NCBI RefSeq assembly: GCF_009914755.1
Contig: NC_060932.1
Direction: 5' to 3' (one strand)
From: the human T2T-CHM13v2.0 reference genome, Homo sapiens
Length of the DNA stretch: 64,000 nt
The notes beneath the pieces are model-generated. The model ran no database searches. It worked only from the letters and a program-made list of their open reading frames with translations, and was not told the DNA's origin. A program made the translations under genes and the position numbers. Shown one piece after another: positions 14,076-28,470 of the stretch. Position 1 is the stretch's first letter; every line of letters starts with the position of its first letter.

Positions 14076-15257
14076 CAGTCATGCATCACTCAACAATAGG
14101 GATACATTCTGAGAAATGTGCTATTAGCCAATATTGTAATTGTGAGAACATCATAGAGTATACTTACACAAATCTGGATGTTGTAGCCTACTACACACCT
14201 AGGTTATATAATATGTAGGCTACAAATCCGTACAGCATATTACTGTACAGAATATTATAGGCAATTATAACACAATGATAAGTATTTGTCTATTAAACAT
14301 AGAAAAGGTACAGTAAAAAATATAATAGATAAAAATGGTACACTCATAGGAAGCACTTACTATGAATGGGGCTTGCTGAATTGGAAGTTGGTCTGGGTGA
14401 GTCAGGGAGTAAATGCCAAGTGAACATGAAGGCCTGGACCATTACTGTACATTCCTGTAGAGTTTATCAAAGCTGTACACTTAGGCTACGTTAAATTTAT
14501 TAAAATTTCTCTTCAATAATAAGTTAACCTTAGGTTACTGTAACTTTTACTTTACAAACTTTATTTTTTTAACTTTTTAGCTCTTGTAATAACACTTCAC
14601 TGAAAACACAAATACATTGTGTAGCTGTAAAACTATATTTTCTTTCTTTGTATACTTATTCTATAAGCATTTTTATTGTCAAAATCATTTTTTTAACTTT
14701 TTAAATGCTTTTGTTGAAAACTAAGCCACAGACACACACTAGCTGAGGCCCACCCAGGCTCAGGACCATCCACATCACTGTCTTTTGCCCCCACACCTCG
14801 TCCCACTGGAAGGTCTTCAGGGGCAATAACATGCATGAAGCTGTCATCTCTTAGGTAACAATGCCTTCTTCTGTAATACCTCCTGAGGGACCTGCCTGAG
14901 GCTGTTTTACAGTTTACTTTTTAATATATAACTAAAAGAAGTACACTCTAAAATATAGATTTAAAAATGACACAGTATAGTAAATACATAAACCAACAAT
15001 ATAGTTGCTTATTATCATGATCAAGTATTAAATACCATACATAATTGTATGCATGATACTTTCATAGGACTGGCAACACAGTAGTCTTACTTTCACCAGC
15101 ATCATCATAAACGTGTGTGACGCGTGTGGTACAACATTACGATGGCGAGGAAGTCACTAGGAGATAGGAATTTTTCAGCTCCAATATAATTTTATGAGAC
15201 CACCATCATATTTGTGGTCCATCTTTAATCAAAACATTGTTATGCAGCCCATAACTG
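14076..15257 (-). mobile_element. Tigger3b (TcMar-Tigger non-autonomous DNA transposon)
   Basis: Terminal inverted repeats cagtcatgc.../...ccataactg, ~1.18 kb; internal motifs (gtagcctactacacacctagg, ataggaatttttcagctcca) of Tigger3/GOLEM. Confidence 0.85.
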
Positions 15258-17974
15258 TGCATAAATAAATCACCCATACACTCTATCTTATCAGTAACTA
15301 CTGCGAAATTCTGAGGTATTTATTGCTAGTATTTTTCTAGGCATATAAATTTGAACCAATGACTCCCCTAATAAAAATCGTTCAAGTAATTCACTGTTGA
15401 TTAACCCACCACAGAAGATAAAATCAGATCAAATTAGAGCTTCCTTAAAGCACAGTGGCACATTAAACCTTTGGAGTTTTACACATACTTCCCTGTCTTC
15501 TGGGATGTTTCTTTCACACATTTGTCTGACTGGAGCACCGTTATTTATCTTTTAAGATCCAGACGCAATACCTTTCCCTTTGTTATGAATTTCTGACCCA
15601 ACAACAACCTCCGGTGGAGTGGTTCATTACTCCCTTTGCCATAACTCTATCTTGCACATGCCCTATCATAAAGTGTTAGCATGCTGTATCTTATTTTATT
15701 TGTTTAGATGTACATCCCTTACTAAACAGTGAGGAAATTAATTGAATACACATGTATGTATATAATTAGTTATCTACTGTATGTTGGATATTGTATCAAT
15801 ACCATGGATTAATAAACTATGCCTAGCTTCCAGCTGTGCTAGAGAAAATTACAGCAAAACCATATCTCCACCAAAAAAAGTATGAAAACATAAAATACAA
15901 CAACAGAAACATATCTTTTAAAGGCTTTTAGGAGCTGCTCAACAACTAAGAAGTGAAGAGCCAAATTATCGAGGAAAGGAGAATATAGAAGCTCATTGAG
16001 TTGAGCCCAACATCTGCATGTTGCTTTTTGGCTGAGAAATTTAGTGATTCTTGTGTTTAGGCAGAAAACTAAGAAGTTAGGTAGAGGGATAGATCGTAAA
16101 AGCCTGAGAACCCACCAGACCTTAGGTAATCTCACTGGGCTGGGAAGAAAAATGTCAGGGTTTAAGGTTACAAGAACCAGCATTAAAAACAAAACCCTGA
16201 GATGGTGAAGCAGAAAATTAAACTCAACACTATTTGCCAGTTTTTCCCTTGCAGCATTTGCCACCCAATTGAACAGCCCAAGAGACTAAGAAGTCACTCA
16301 GAAAGCAGCTGAAAAACAGAACAGAGTTTTTTATAAATGTCGCTATGGAGGAAAAACTGTAATTGCAACCCAAGACCCACTAAGAAAGATCCCTAAGAAA
16401 TATCCCTCACTCTAAATTAGCACCTCTGGAGGACTAAATTCTAGGAGTGGTAAAATAGAGGAAGCGCAAGCCTTACAAAGACTACTAAGCAGTTTCAAAC
16501 CTGTTCAGTCCTTGGGTGGATTGAGGAGATCTGATCCACTGCTATATACAAAGATAAAGAAAATGTTCTAAAGAGAAAGATACCAGTATGCAGAACCTCC
16601 ACAATGTTCAGCAATTATTTTAGACACACTCAACAGGACTCATGCTTAAAAAAAAAAGAAAATAGAACGGATGCATATGTAACTTAGATATTGGAGATCT
16701 CAAGCATGGACTTTAAAATAATTTATTATAATGTTGATGAAAATCTTTAGAAATTTGGCATCTGTACAAAAAATCAAATAAAAATCTTAACAATGACAAA
16801 TTCATAAGTAAAATGTACAGCTTAACTCGGGTCAAACAATTTGTTGGGCATGGCTGCAAAGAACATTCATGAGCTGGAAAATGGTCAGTTAGAAATATCT
16901 CAAAAATGGAGAGCAAAGGAGACAGAAACATAAAAACACAAGAGATACATAAAACATAATAGAAAGATTCAGTGCATGTAAAATAAATGCCCAGAGGGAA
17001 GAATGATAATATAAGGGAGAATAAATATTTGAGGGGATATTGGCTAAGAATTGTCCCAAACTGACAAATGACTCAAGCCAGAAATTCTAGAATTACTGTG
17101 AGCCCCAAGGCAAATAAATAAAGCAAGTAAATCACAATGGGGTTATTTTAGTAGTAGTCTTGTAAACGTAAATCATGGAGGTAATCTCGTAAGCATTCAG
17201 TTAAAAAAATAAAAACAAAATACAAGAACTGATTCAATACCTTTAAAGAATCTACAATATCAGCGATATAGAACTTATCAACAGAAATGATGAAAGCCAA
17301 AAGACAAGAGAACATGTCTTCAAAATGCTGGAAGACAACAAACAAACAAATACTGAAATGATATATCCAATAAAATTATTCTCAAAGGAGGAGATAAAGA
17401 CATTTCCATACAAAGTATTAATTTAATTTCCATCAGATTTACACTAAATGAATTCCAGAAGATACGATTTAATCAAAAGTCAAATGACCCAAAAGGAAAC
17501 ACAAAAATGTAGAAAAAAGACAAAAAGAATGGAAAATGGGTAAATATTTGGGAAAATAGATAGTTGTCATTTAGAATAAAACTCTCAATTCAAAATTCGA
17601 AGTCCAGTAAAAATACCTTTCAAAAATAAAGAAAAATTCAAACAAATCAACTAAATCTCACAAAACTTAAAACTGGCAGAATTATGTTACGAGGAATCTT
17701 TTAAAAACATATTCAAGCACAAACAATATGATACAAGACTAAAAGTAGATTTACATAAATAAACTAACGACCTGGAAACAAGATAAACATAAAAGCATTT
17801 CTCCTTTAAAAAGATTCTAAAGGATAATTGTCTAAAGCAAAAATAGTACAAATGGATTGTAGCTGTAGAACATATGTAGAGAGAAACGCATAGCAAAAAT
17901 AGAACAAAAGATAGAGGTGACTGAAATTATATTCTTATAAGACTATAAGGTTTCAACATTTTACATGAAGTTTT

Positions 17975-18628
17975 ATATTATTTTTATTGATACATAACAG
18001 ATGTATATATCTTCTAGGTACATGTGATATTTTGATATATTCACATAATGTGATCAAATTGGAGTAACTGAGATAACCATCACCTTAAGCATTTTTCTTT
18101 TCTTTATGCTGGAAACATTCAGATTATTTGCTCCTATTTTGAAATATAAAACAGATTATTGTTAACTATGATCACTCTACTGATCTATTGAACACTAAGT
18201 CTCATTTATCTTATCTAACTTTATTTTTATATCCATTAGTTAACTTCTCTTCACCCTTTTGAGCTTCTGGTAACCACCAATCTATTCTCTTTTTGAGATA
18301 TACATTTTTAGCTCCCACATGTAGTCAGAACATGTAATATTTGTCTTTCTGTGTCTGGCTTATTTCACTTAACATAATGACCTATAGTTCCATCCATATT
18401 ACTGCAAATGACAGGATTTTGTTATTTTTTATGGCTTAATAATATTCCATTGTGCATATGTACCATATTTTCTTTATCCATTCATCTGTTGATGGCACTT
18501 AGTCTGAAACCATATTTTGGCTACTGTGAATAGTGCTGTAGAAAACAAACATAAGAGTGAAAATATCTTTTCTAAATACTGATTTCCTTTATTTTAGATA
18601 TATACACGGTAGTCAGATTCCTGGATCT
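17975..18628 (-). mobile_element. L1MA (L1MA4/5-like) 3' fragment
   Basis: Antisense L1MA 3' UTR motifs: ttttagctcccacatg...tttgtctttctgtgtctggcttatttcacttaacataatgacc...gcaaatgacaggattt. Confidence 0.8.
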
Positions 18629-18694
18629 TTTAAAGGTAGGCCATAATGAATTGAAAAGGTATTTTAAAGCTATAGGATAACCATTAAAAATCAA

Positions 18695-18709
18695 AGGTAG
18701 GTAGGTAGG

Positions 18710-18754
<45 letters not shown>
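18695..18754. repeat. Compound tetranucleotide STR (AGGT)4(AGAT)11
   Basis: Counted directly from the sequence. Confidence 0.97.
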
Positions 18755-19116
18755 TATGCCAATAATGGAGATAAAATAAAGTTATAAATATATCTGATTA
18801 ATTAAAAAACAGAAAAATGAAAAACAAAAAACAAAAAGTGGATGAAGCAAATACAAAACAATAACTAACAAGATGGTATATTTAAAATCGAATATACCCA
18901 TAATTATATTAAATGTAAATGCTCTAAATACATCAATTAAAAGATAGATATTTTCAGTTTAGATAGCAACAAGGCCAAACTACATATCATCTCAAACATA
19001 CACACACACAAACAAAAACAAAAAATAACACCTTAAACATAAAGATGTGTATAGGTTACAAGTAAAGCATGGGATAAGATATACATTGCAAACTTTAAGT
19101 AAAAGAAATCTGATGC

Positions 19117-20574
19117 AGAGAAATTAGCCAAAACAAAGGGGCTACAGGCCCCATGCAAGGCTGAAACCCAGCATGGCAATCATTAAATTTTAAAGTTCCA
19201 AAATAATCTCCTTTAACTCCATGTTTCACATCCAGGGCCCTCTGATTCAAGGGGTGGGCTCCCAAAGCCTTGGGCAGCTCCACCCCTTTGGCTCTGCAGG
19301 GTACAAACCCTGCAGCTGCTTTCACGGCTGGCATTGAGTGCCTGCAACTTTTCCAGGTGCACAGTGCAAGCTGTTGGTGGGTCTACCATTCTGGGTTCTG
19401 GAAGACAGTAGCCCTCTTCTGATAGTTCCAGTAGGCAATACCCCACTGGGGACACTGTCACCAGTCTCCAAACCCACATTTGCCTTTCATACTGCCTTAA
19501 CAGAGGTTCTCCTTAAGGGTGTCACCCCTGCAGCAGATATCAGCCTGGACATCCAGATGTTTCTACACATCCTCTGTAATTTAGGCAGAGGTTCTCAAAC
19601 CTCAACTCTTAACATCTATGTACCCACAGACTCAACACCATGTGGAAGCTGCCAAAGCTTGGGGCTTCCATCCTAGGAAGCCATGGCCTGGGCTGCACCT
19701 TGGCCCCTTTAGCCACAGCTGAAGTGGCTGGGCTGCAGGGCATCATGTCCTGAGGCTGCACAGAGCAGTTGAGCCCTGGGCCTGGCCCCCAGAACCATTT
19801 TTCCCTCCTAGGCCCCTGGGCCTCTGATGGGAGGTGCTGCCAGGAAGGTCTCTGACATGGCCTAGAGTCACTTTCCCCATTGTCTTGGCTATGAACATTC
19901 AACTCCTCATTACTTATGCAAATTTTTGCAACTGGTTTGAATTTCTCCCCAGAAAATGGGCTTTTCTTTTCTATCACATGGTCAGGCTGCAAATTTTCCA
20001 AACTTTTATGCTCTGCTTCCCTTTTAAACAAAAGTTCCAGTTTCAAATAATCTTTTTGTGAATGCACAGGACTCTGCAATTTCAGCAAAAGCCAGGTCAC
20101 ATCTTGAATGCTTTGCTGCTTACAAATTTCTGCCAGATACCCTAAATTATCTCTCTCAATTTCAAAGTTCCACAGATTCCCTAGATCAGGAGCACAATGC
20201 TGCCAGTCTCTTTGCTAAAGCATAGCAAGAGTGATCTTTGTTCCAGTTCCCAATAAGTTCCTCATCGCCATCTGAGACCACCTCAGCCTGGACTTCAGTG
20301 TCCATATCACTATCAGCATTTTACATAAATGCAGGTCTTGCCATGGTGGAGCAGGGGAGAGACAGGGGTCAGTGGGGGAGGTGAGGTGGGGGTGAAGTGC
20401 CACACACTTTCAAACAACCAGATCTCGTGAGAACTCACTATCACAACAACAGCAAGGGACAAGTGGCAAGTACATCCCCAGATTCGATCACCTACCACCA
20501 GGCTCCTCCTGAGACTTGTAGGGATTACAATTCCAGATAAGATTTTGGTGGGGATACAGAGCCAAATCAAATCA
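19117..20574 (-). mobile_element. MSTA-type MaLR: internal region (~19117-20322) plus partial 5' LTR (~20335-20574), internally deleted
   Basis: MaLR-int motifs (aaaacaaaggggctacaggccccatgcaag, ttttccaggtgcacagtgcaagctg) and LTR motifs (ccacacactttcaaacaaccagatctcgtgagaactcactatcac, gggatacagagccaaatcaaatca). Confidence 0.85.
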
Positions 20575-23500
20575 ATACCCATGAAAATTAAAAATTTTTT
20601 AAAAATGGAAAAAATTGAAAACTTAACAACACACTTATAAATAATTCAGGGATGAAATAAAAAGTGAAAAGGACAATCAAAAATGTTTGAAGTTGCAATT
20701 AAAATATGACAGTAAAACATGTAGGATATAGCTACAGCAATGTTTAAAGAGACATTTACAACATTAAATTTTTATATTAGAAAGGAAGATCATTCTCAAA
20801 TCAGTGATATAGGCTTCAATTCTAAAGAACTAGAAGAATAATTAAGTAGAGAAAGAAAATAATGAAAGGCAGAAATCCATAAAATTGCAAAAAGAAAAAT
20901 TTTGAAAAACAATGGGAAAAAAAGGTAGTTCTTTGAAAAGCTCAATAAAATGCTAAATCATTAGCCAGACTAAATAAGAATAAAAGAAAGAATAAACAAG
21001 TTGCCAATATCAGGAATAAAAGAGAAAACATCTCTATAGATCCTTCGTAGATGAACAGTATAATGAGAAACTTTATGAACAAAGTTATACCTTCGAAGTA
21101 AGAAACAGAGAACATTCAAGAGAATACAAAGAATGATAAAAGGAGACAGCATTCCATATCCTATAGAAATTAAAATACACAAAATATGAATAACTTATTA
21201 ACGTATATAAGTCAAACATTTTAAAATTCGGATAAAATAGATGAGTTACTATAAAAACACATCTTTCCTGAAACTGAAACAAAAATCTGAATAATCGTAT
21301 ACATTAAATACTTGAAAAATGCACAGGAGAAGATCTTCAGGAATAAATGGCTTGACCCTTGCACTTTTAGAAGTATTTGTAGAAAAAAAAAATAACGCAA
21401 CATTAATGTCATGCAGTGTTTTCTTTTCTTTTCCCAGAGAATGAGAAAAAAAGAAAAATTCTCGACTTGCATCATGAGGCCCTAGCAAAACTTTGATACG
21501 GAAACCTGAAAGGAAAATAACAAAAAAAAAAAATGAAAAGTCTTAGCCAATTTCTCTCTTACACATGAATCCAAAAATCTTCAATGAGTTATTAATGTAA
21601 AATTGATATCTAATTGACATATAGTAAAATGAGGATATACTATTTTTCAATCTCATTAAGCTTATTTCAGAAAAGTCTTAGTAATTGAAAATTAATATAA
21701 TTTACAATATTAACACAATAAATACAAATTATATGATTATCACAGTAGATGGAGAAAAATCGTTTTATAAATGTCAACACTATTTGAATAGAAACCAATT
21801 TATAGTGAATAAAAACAATCTTTCTTAATAAATATTATCTATGAAATATTCTGTATCCTATCCAAAAAAAGTATTAAAATGGGAAATCTTTGAAAGGAAA
21901 AGGAAGAAACAAAGTGTTGCTATTTGCAGATTATGTAATTACAAAAATAAAAACAAGGATGTTGACAGCCACCCTTTAAAATTAATAAATGAACTTAACA
22001 AGTTGCTGAAGGCAAATTCATATAAAAAACTCAATTGTATTTCCATATTCCATCAAAATTATATCAATAATGCATTTTAAAATGCCATTTAAAATAGAAC
22101 TAAAATGTCAAATAGTAATAAATCCAATAAATGGCATGCAAGACATCTTTCACAACACTACAAAACACAAAGGAGAAGAATTAAATAAAACAAATAAAAG
22201 GGGAAATATATTCTGTTAATAGACTAGAAGAATCACTATTAAAAATATGCCAATGTTACATAATTTGGACAACAGATTTAGGGTGATCCTAATCATCTCC
22301 TGATATTTTTGGTTTTGTTTCCAATGAAAATGAATAAGTTAATTGTAAAATATATACAAGCATGCAAAGGAACAGTAAGAGCTACACATAAACAGAAACA
22401 AGGTTGGATGACTTATTAGCAGAGAGTAAGACATTATAAAGCCACAGTGATTATAACATTGTGTTATTTGTGCAAGTATGAACTATAGAACTAAACAAAG
22501 TTCAAAAACAGACATCACATGTATGATCATTTGATTCATGAAAAGATACACTAAGAACAATGGGGAGAAAATGAATTTTTAAATAAATACTGCTGTCAGA
22601 AGATATTAAATGGAAAAAAGAATTTTTATTTCTACTTTAGGACTGAAATAAATTAATTTAGGATAAACTTAGAAGTTTACTGTGAAAGTGAAATGCGTAA
22701 GTTTAGAAGAGAACAGTAAAATATCTTCACAGCATTGGAATAGGATAAAGATTTTTCAAATAGAATGCAATAAGCTACAACAATAAAATATATGTTTGAT
22801 AAATTGAACTTTATCAAAGAACATCATTAGGATAATACAAATATAAATCCTGGAACAAGTATAAAATCTACAAAGATGACATGTAAGATTCTCATGAGGA
22901 ATCTCATTGATTCCTCAAATCAATGAGAAAAATGTAAACACAATTTTAAAAGATGCAAAATAAAAAAGAGAATATTAAAGTGACCCATGAATATGGGAAC
23001 ATATATTCAATTTGTTTAGTGATCAGAGAAATTCAAATTTAAACCATAATAAGATACCATTACCCAATCGCTAGAATATCTACACTTTTAAAAGACCGAC
23101 AATGTCAACTGTTGTAAAGTAATGGCGTAACTGGAACCTTCATATGCTAATACAAATGGTACAAATTGGTACAACCACTTCGAAAAACTGTTGGCAGTGT
23201 CTACCAAAGGTGAAAACATAAATACCCTTTACTCAATAATTTCATGCCTAGTATATACCTACAGAAATGTACCCATAAGTGCACCAAAAGTCATGTGCAA
23301 AAGTGTTCATAGCAACACTACTCTTAACACTCAAATGTGGAAACAACCAGAATGTAAGTCTAAAGATAGATAAGTAAAATGGTCATATATTCATACAGTG
23401 GAATGTGATAAGAATGATTGGTTTTCCACAATACACAATAGGGATGAATTTTACAAAAATGAAGTTGAGCGAAGGAATGCAAACAAAGAAGGGGTAATAA

Positions 23501-24034
23501 GGTGAAGTGTAAAATCAGGCAAAAATAATCAGTGGTAACAGGCATTGGGACCGTAATAGCCTCAGGAATTTATAGTGATAGGAAAGAGACAGGAGTTTCT
23601 GTTCTATTGTTCAATCTAGGTTTAGTGTATTTGTGTCAAAGTTGTAAAAAGTTTTTTACAAAAAAATATCGTAAAACTTCATTGAGCTTATGGCTCGTGC
23701 ATTTGTTAAGTGTCAGACTCTGCTGCTTCAAAGCACTTGGTACTCTCAGGCCGCTTTCAGGGATTAACAGCACAAGGTTTAAACAAACATTGAATTTTTA
23801 CTTTTTCTCATGATAGCTGTGACTTTGAGCAAGTCATTTAACTTCTCCAAGCCTGTATTTTACCTGTACATAGAGTCTGACAATAATATTCATCCCACAG
23901 AATTATTTTAAAAATTTAGTTAATTTAAGGTATATAGTATGTAACATAGTGTCTGACACTAAATATACCCCCAAATGTTCAATATGATTATTAATGCATA
24001 TTAAATATTTATGACGGTATCTGGCATGTAGTAA

Positions 24035-24523
<489 letters not shown>

Positions 24524-24901
24524 GGTTTCCTGTTTTTCTAAAAGACCTGGAGATTGGAGAGGGAAAGTAAGAACAGCTCTCTGGCAGTTATCCCTGCAGT
24601 ATGGGAGCATGTTGATAATAACTAAAATTGCAATTAGAGGAATTTCCTCACCGTGCCTCTGGGCATCATCACCCTGGTTTCACTACAAGAGTTTTTAGCC
24701 ATCTTCAATCTGTGCCTCATTAGACAGTCAGCAGCATGTACAGTCTATGGAGACATTTGGTAAAATAAGCTTTGTGAAAAGGAGTCCGCCTTTTCCCTCC
24801 CAACCTCTTTCTACCTCTAAATTTCTGTTCCACAAGAAGCTGGGGGATGCCAATGAGGGTTTTGGGACTCGGTTTCCCATTCCATCAAAGTCCTTTTTTC
24901 C

Positions 24902-25145
24902 GGCAGGGCGCGGTGACTCGCCTGTAATCCCAACACTTTGGGAGGCCGAAGCGGGCGGATCACCAGGTCAGGAGATAGAGACCATCCTGGCTAACACGGT
25001 GAAACCTTGTCTCTACTAAAAATACAAAAAAAAAATTAGCCGGGCATGGTGGCACGCACCTGTAGTCCGGATACTTGGGAAGCTGAGGCAGGAGAATCGC
25101 TTGAACCCAGGAGGCAGAGGTTGCAGTGAGCCGAGATCGCACCAC
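24902..25145 (+). mobile_element. Alu (AluSc8-like), 3' end missing
   Basis: Alu sequence stops at gagatcgcaccac; no poly(A) or TSD seen. Confidence 0.9.
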
Positions 25146-25738
25146 AGGACATTGGGAAAATGTCCTTTTTCCCAATTTATGTATGCGTGAAAAACACAGG
25201 AGACCTTTGCTGTTTCGTCACATCATAAATCATTTAGCTCTTTTTGGGTCCCCTCACTTTTCAGTAACCTGACTAGACAACCAGGTGATCCAAGACCTCA
25301 GATGCTCCACCCAAAGGCAATCATTTTATTCCCAGACACGGGAGATGCAGGAGAAGCCCACTGCTGCCTACATTGCTTTGGGATAGGACTTAACCTCTGC
25401 ATAACTTGGATTACTTTTCTGGGAAAATTGGAAAATAAAAATTGCTATCTGTCCAGTTGTGGGATTGAATGAAATCCAGAGTCATGAACGTTGTGTTTCT
25501 AACTCTTCACGTTCAGACCCAAGGATTCCTTAACCAAAGTACTGTCCCATCAAACCACACCAGGAACTTTCCCAGCACAAACTCTCCAGTCTCTGTCCTC
25601 CAGGCCTTTGCTCAACAAATGTCCCTTCCCAGAGGTGCTCTTCTCTTCATGATGTGCCTGTAGAAATAAATCACTGCTTTCTAAGTCAAGCCCAAATCCA
25701 TCTTTTTTATCTCAGTTAGAATTAACTTCATCTGAGCC

Positions 25739-25933
25739 CAGTGGTTCTCAATCCAAGGTGGATTAAGACATTTAGCATACCTAAAGACATTTCTGGTTGT
25801 CACAATTGGGACAGGTCATCTTGTGGGTAGAAGTCAGTAACACTGCTAGACATCCTGTAATGTGCAGGACAGACCCCCACAGAAGAAATAATCCAGTCCA
25901 AAATGCCAGTAGTGCTGAGGTTGAGAAATCCTG
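25739..25933 (+). mobile_element. MER20 (hAT-Charlie)
   Basis: cagtggttctcaa...gacatttctggttgtcacaa...gtagtgctgaggttgagaaatcctg termini. Confidence 0.8.
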
Positions 25934-26346
25934 TCCTAAACTGTCATATGTGACTTAGCCAGAAACCTCTTGTGGCCTCCCCATTACCAGGGTGGTTCCC
26001 TGTGCATGTTTATCAGTCTTGAGCAGTGAGTTCCCAGAGGAGGGGGCACAACCTCATATCATCTGCTCATCTGGATGCCAACTTCAGTGCCTGTCACAGT
26101 GCTCTTCCTGCTCAGAGGCTGTGCTCAGAAGTGTTGGCTTTGTGGAACTGGAATTCTGTTTGATTTAATTGCATATTGCCAACACTCAGCTTTCTGTCCT
26201 TCCAGCTTATCCTAGGTCTACGAGTTAAAGTGGTCAGAAAAGAGATGTTTGTGTAAACTCCGATAACCAAAGGAGATATTTAAACTGCTCTCATCACTAC
26301 ACACCATACAAACTAAAGCTCCAGAAGTGGAAACTTTAATAAGGAA

Positions 26347-26708
26347 TGTATTAGTCCATTCTCACACTGCTATGAAGAAATACCCTAGACTAGGTAATTT
26401 ATAAAAGAAAGAGGTTTAATTGACTCACAGTTCCATGTTGCTGGAGAGGCCTCAGGTAACTTACAATCATGGTGGAAGGCACCTCTTCACAGGGAGGCAG
26501 GAGAAAGAACGAGTGCCAGCAGGGGAAATGCCAGACGCTTATAAAACCATCAGATCTCATGAAAACTCATTCACTATCATGAGAACAACATGGGGAAATC
26601 CCCCTATTATTCAATTACCTCCCACTGGGTCTCCCCCATGATGTGGGGAGATTATGGAGATTACAATTCAAGATGAGATTTGGGTGGGGACACAGCCAAA
26701 TCATATCA
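26347..26708 (-). mobile_element. Solo THE1 LTR (THE1D-like, MaLR)
   Basis: tgtattagtccattctcac...gggacacagccaaatcatatca; perfect 5-bp TSD aggaa. Confidence 0.9.
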
Positions 26709-27140
26709 AGGAACAAGGATGTGATTCCTCAGTGACGTTACTGGGAGCAAGGTAACTTGCTAATGGGGCTTTTGCTGTGTTGGGGTGGGAGACAGATAAA
26801 ATCTTGGGCTTTATCAGGGAATAGTCAGTTTGGGGATCTGGGTGATCCTAGCCTTAGGCAGAGCATGAAAACATGCATAAGGTAACTCATGGATTATTAT
26901 GGGGCACACCTGTCCTTCTCTGACTCTGCCCTGATAAACTTCTATGATCATCTGACTAAAACTTTTTACCCCCACCCAGCATATGCCGTACCAAAGGCTA
27001 TGGGCGGGGGTGTGCAGGGTAAGCCTTTCCCCTTTCTCAGTGGTTCTTGCATCTCTGGGAGTCGAGGAAACATGCAATTCACCCTCAAATGCTATTTCTA
27101 TGGTCCTAATCTTTTGGGATTCAGATTCCTACTCAACCTC

Positions 27141-27678
27141 TGTAAGGTACATGGATGTGCTTTGGTCAAGAATAGGCTGAAGTAAACATCCTGCACCACT
27201 CCGTGAGTTTGGAGCGCAGGCGCATATCGCCACTTGGTATATAACCTGTTTGTATAATCTCATACTTGGCTCAGAGCCACTATTGTTTGAAAAAGGTATA
27301 ACTGCCCTGCTGACGCTATACATACAGCATGGCATGGCATGGCTCAGGCACAGTGGCTCATACTTGGAGAGAGAAAGAGTTAAACTGCTGACCCTATAGG
27401 GAGAGCTGGCCATGCAGCTGTGCATGGGAGCTGCATGAACTGCAGAGCCGGCTGCTGAGAAGGGAGCAGACAGCTGAGACAGAAACAGACCATGTGAGAG
27501 AGCTGCTGATGAGAGAGCAGCTGAATAAAGCCATCTTTCACCTGCCTATGCCGCACCCCCCCACACAACCTGAGTGTTCTTTCAGCTATCTGCCACCCAT
27601 CCACCCACTCTCTTCGGAACTCAGCATGGCCTGGAACCTAACACTGGGCATGACATTTGGCATAGTCATGGCAGGACA
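27141..27678 (+). mobile_element. Solo LTR18-family LTR (HERV18/HERV-S, ERVL)
   Basis: Starts tgtaaggtacatggatgtgctttggtcaag, AATAAA at ~27524, ends ...ggaca; perfect 5-bp TSD acctc (27136-27140, 27679-27683). Confidence 0.85.
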
Positions 27679-28079
27679 ACCTCTTATCTCTTTGATTAGA
27701 TTATCTCACTTGGTTTTTCCTACATGACTGGATGATATGGGAGTCCTGGGGCGCAGCTAAGGCCTGTGAAAAATTGTGATTTTCATCCAGATCATAGGCC
27801 AGAGCTGCAATGGAGTCCTCCTGGTGCACACCCACACCAGCCAGCGCAGTATGATTAGATGGTTCTTAAAAGCATGTGGGAAAGTAGCCAAGGCTGGAAC
27901 AATCAGGCATATCCACTTGGCATATGCATCTTAGGAAACACTGGTGGCTGATTGAGTGTTGATTGAGAATTGGAGATCCTGAATCTCCAGTTTTCCATTC
28001 ACCTATTTTTCTATCTCTTTTCAACTTAAAGACATAAACAATATGTGGTGCAGTTGGCATAGAGAGATGAGTCTGGTCT

Positions 28080-28470
28080 TTCATTCGCTGATTCATTGAA
28101 TATTTGCTAAGACTTACCTCATGCCAAACACCAGGCTAGGTACTGAGAACACAGTGGGTGGCCAAAGGATGTGAGGAGATGTGGTCATTGATTCGAGGGA
28201 TGTTAAGGAGGTGATAGCAGCGGTCCTTGTGATAGAGGGGACATGGAAAATCAGAAAGGGGGTTGTCAAGAGTGATTCTGAGGTTCTTCAGGTTCAGAAT
28301 CTGGATGGATAATGGCACCATTTACTGAGACTGAGAAAGCTAGAGGAGGTAAATCAGAAGGATGGAGGATCAGGAGGAGAGCTTGGCATGTGCTGAATTG
28401 AAGATGCTTTGGAGCCCTCCAAGGTATGATGTCGAGTGGGAACTCGGCCACATAGCTTTCTTTCTCAGGA
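28080..28470 (-). mobile_element. L2 LINE fragment
   Basis: tcattc...gaatatttgc...atgcca...ctaggtactgagaacacag and ggatggataatggcaccatttactgag motifs of the L2 3' region; approximate. Confidence 0.55.

Larger units (their letters stand above)
15850..23710 (+). mobile_element. Ancient, near full-length degraded LINE-1 (L1M/L1ME-like) with nested insertions
   Basis: A-rich plus strand with ORF1-like remnants (~16650-17700), ORF2 EN-like remnants (~18890-19110), ORF2 linker/RT/C-terminal remnants (20580-23100) and an L1ME-type 3' end; no open frame; boundaries approximate. Confidence 0.7.

Noticed and set aside
15839-16264. 141-aa hydrophobic minus-strand ORF
   Set aside because: Antisense of an A-rich ancient L1 region; T-rich codons give spurious hydrophobicity; no recognisable homology.
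19095-20403. ORFs up to 163 aa
   Set aside because: Frameshifted remnants of the MaLR (MST-int) internal region.
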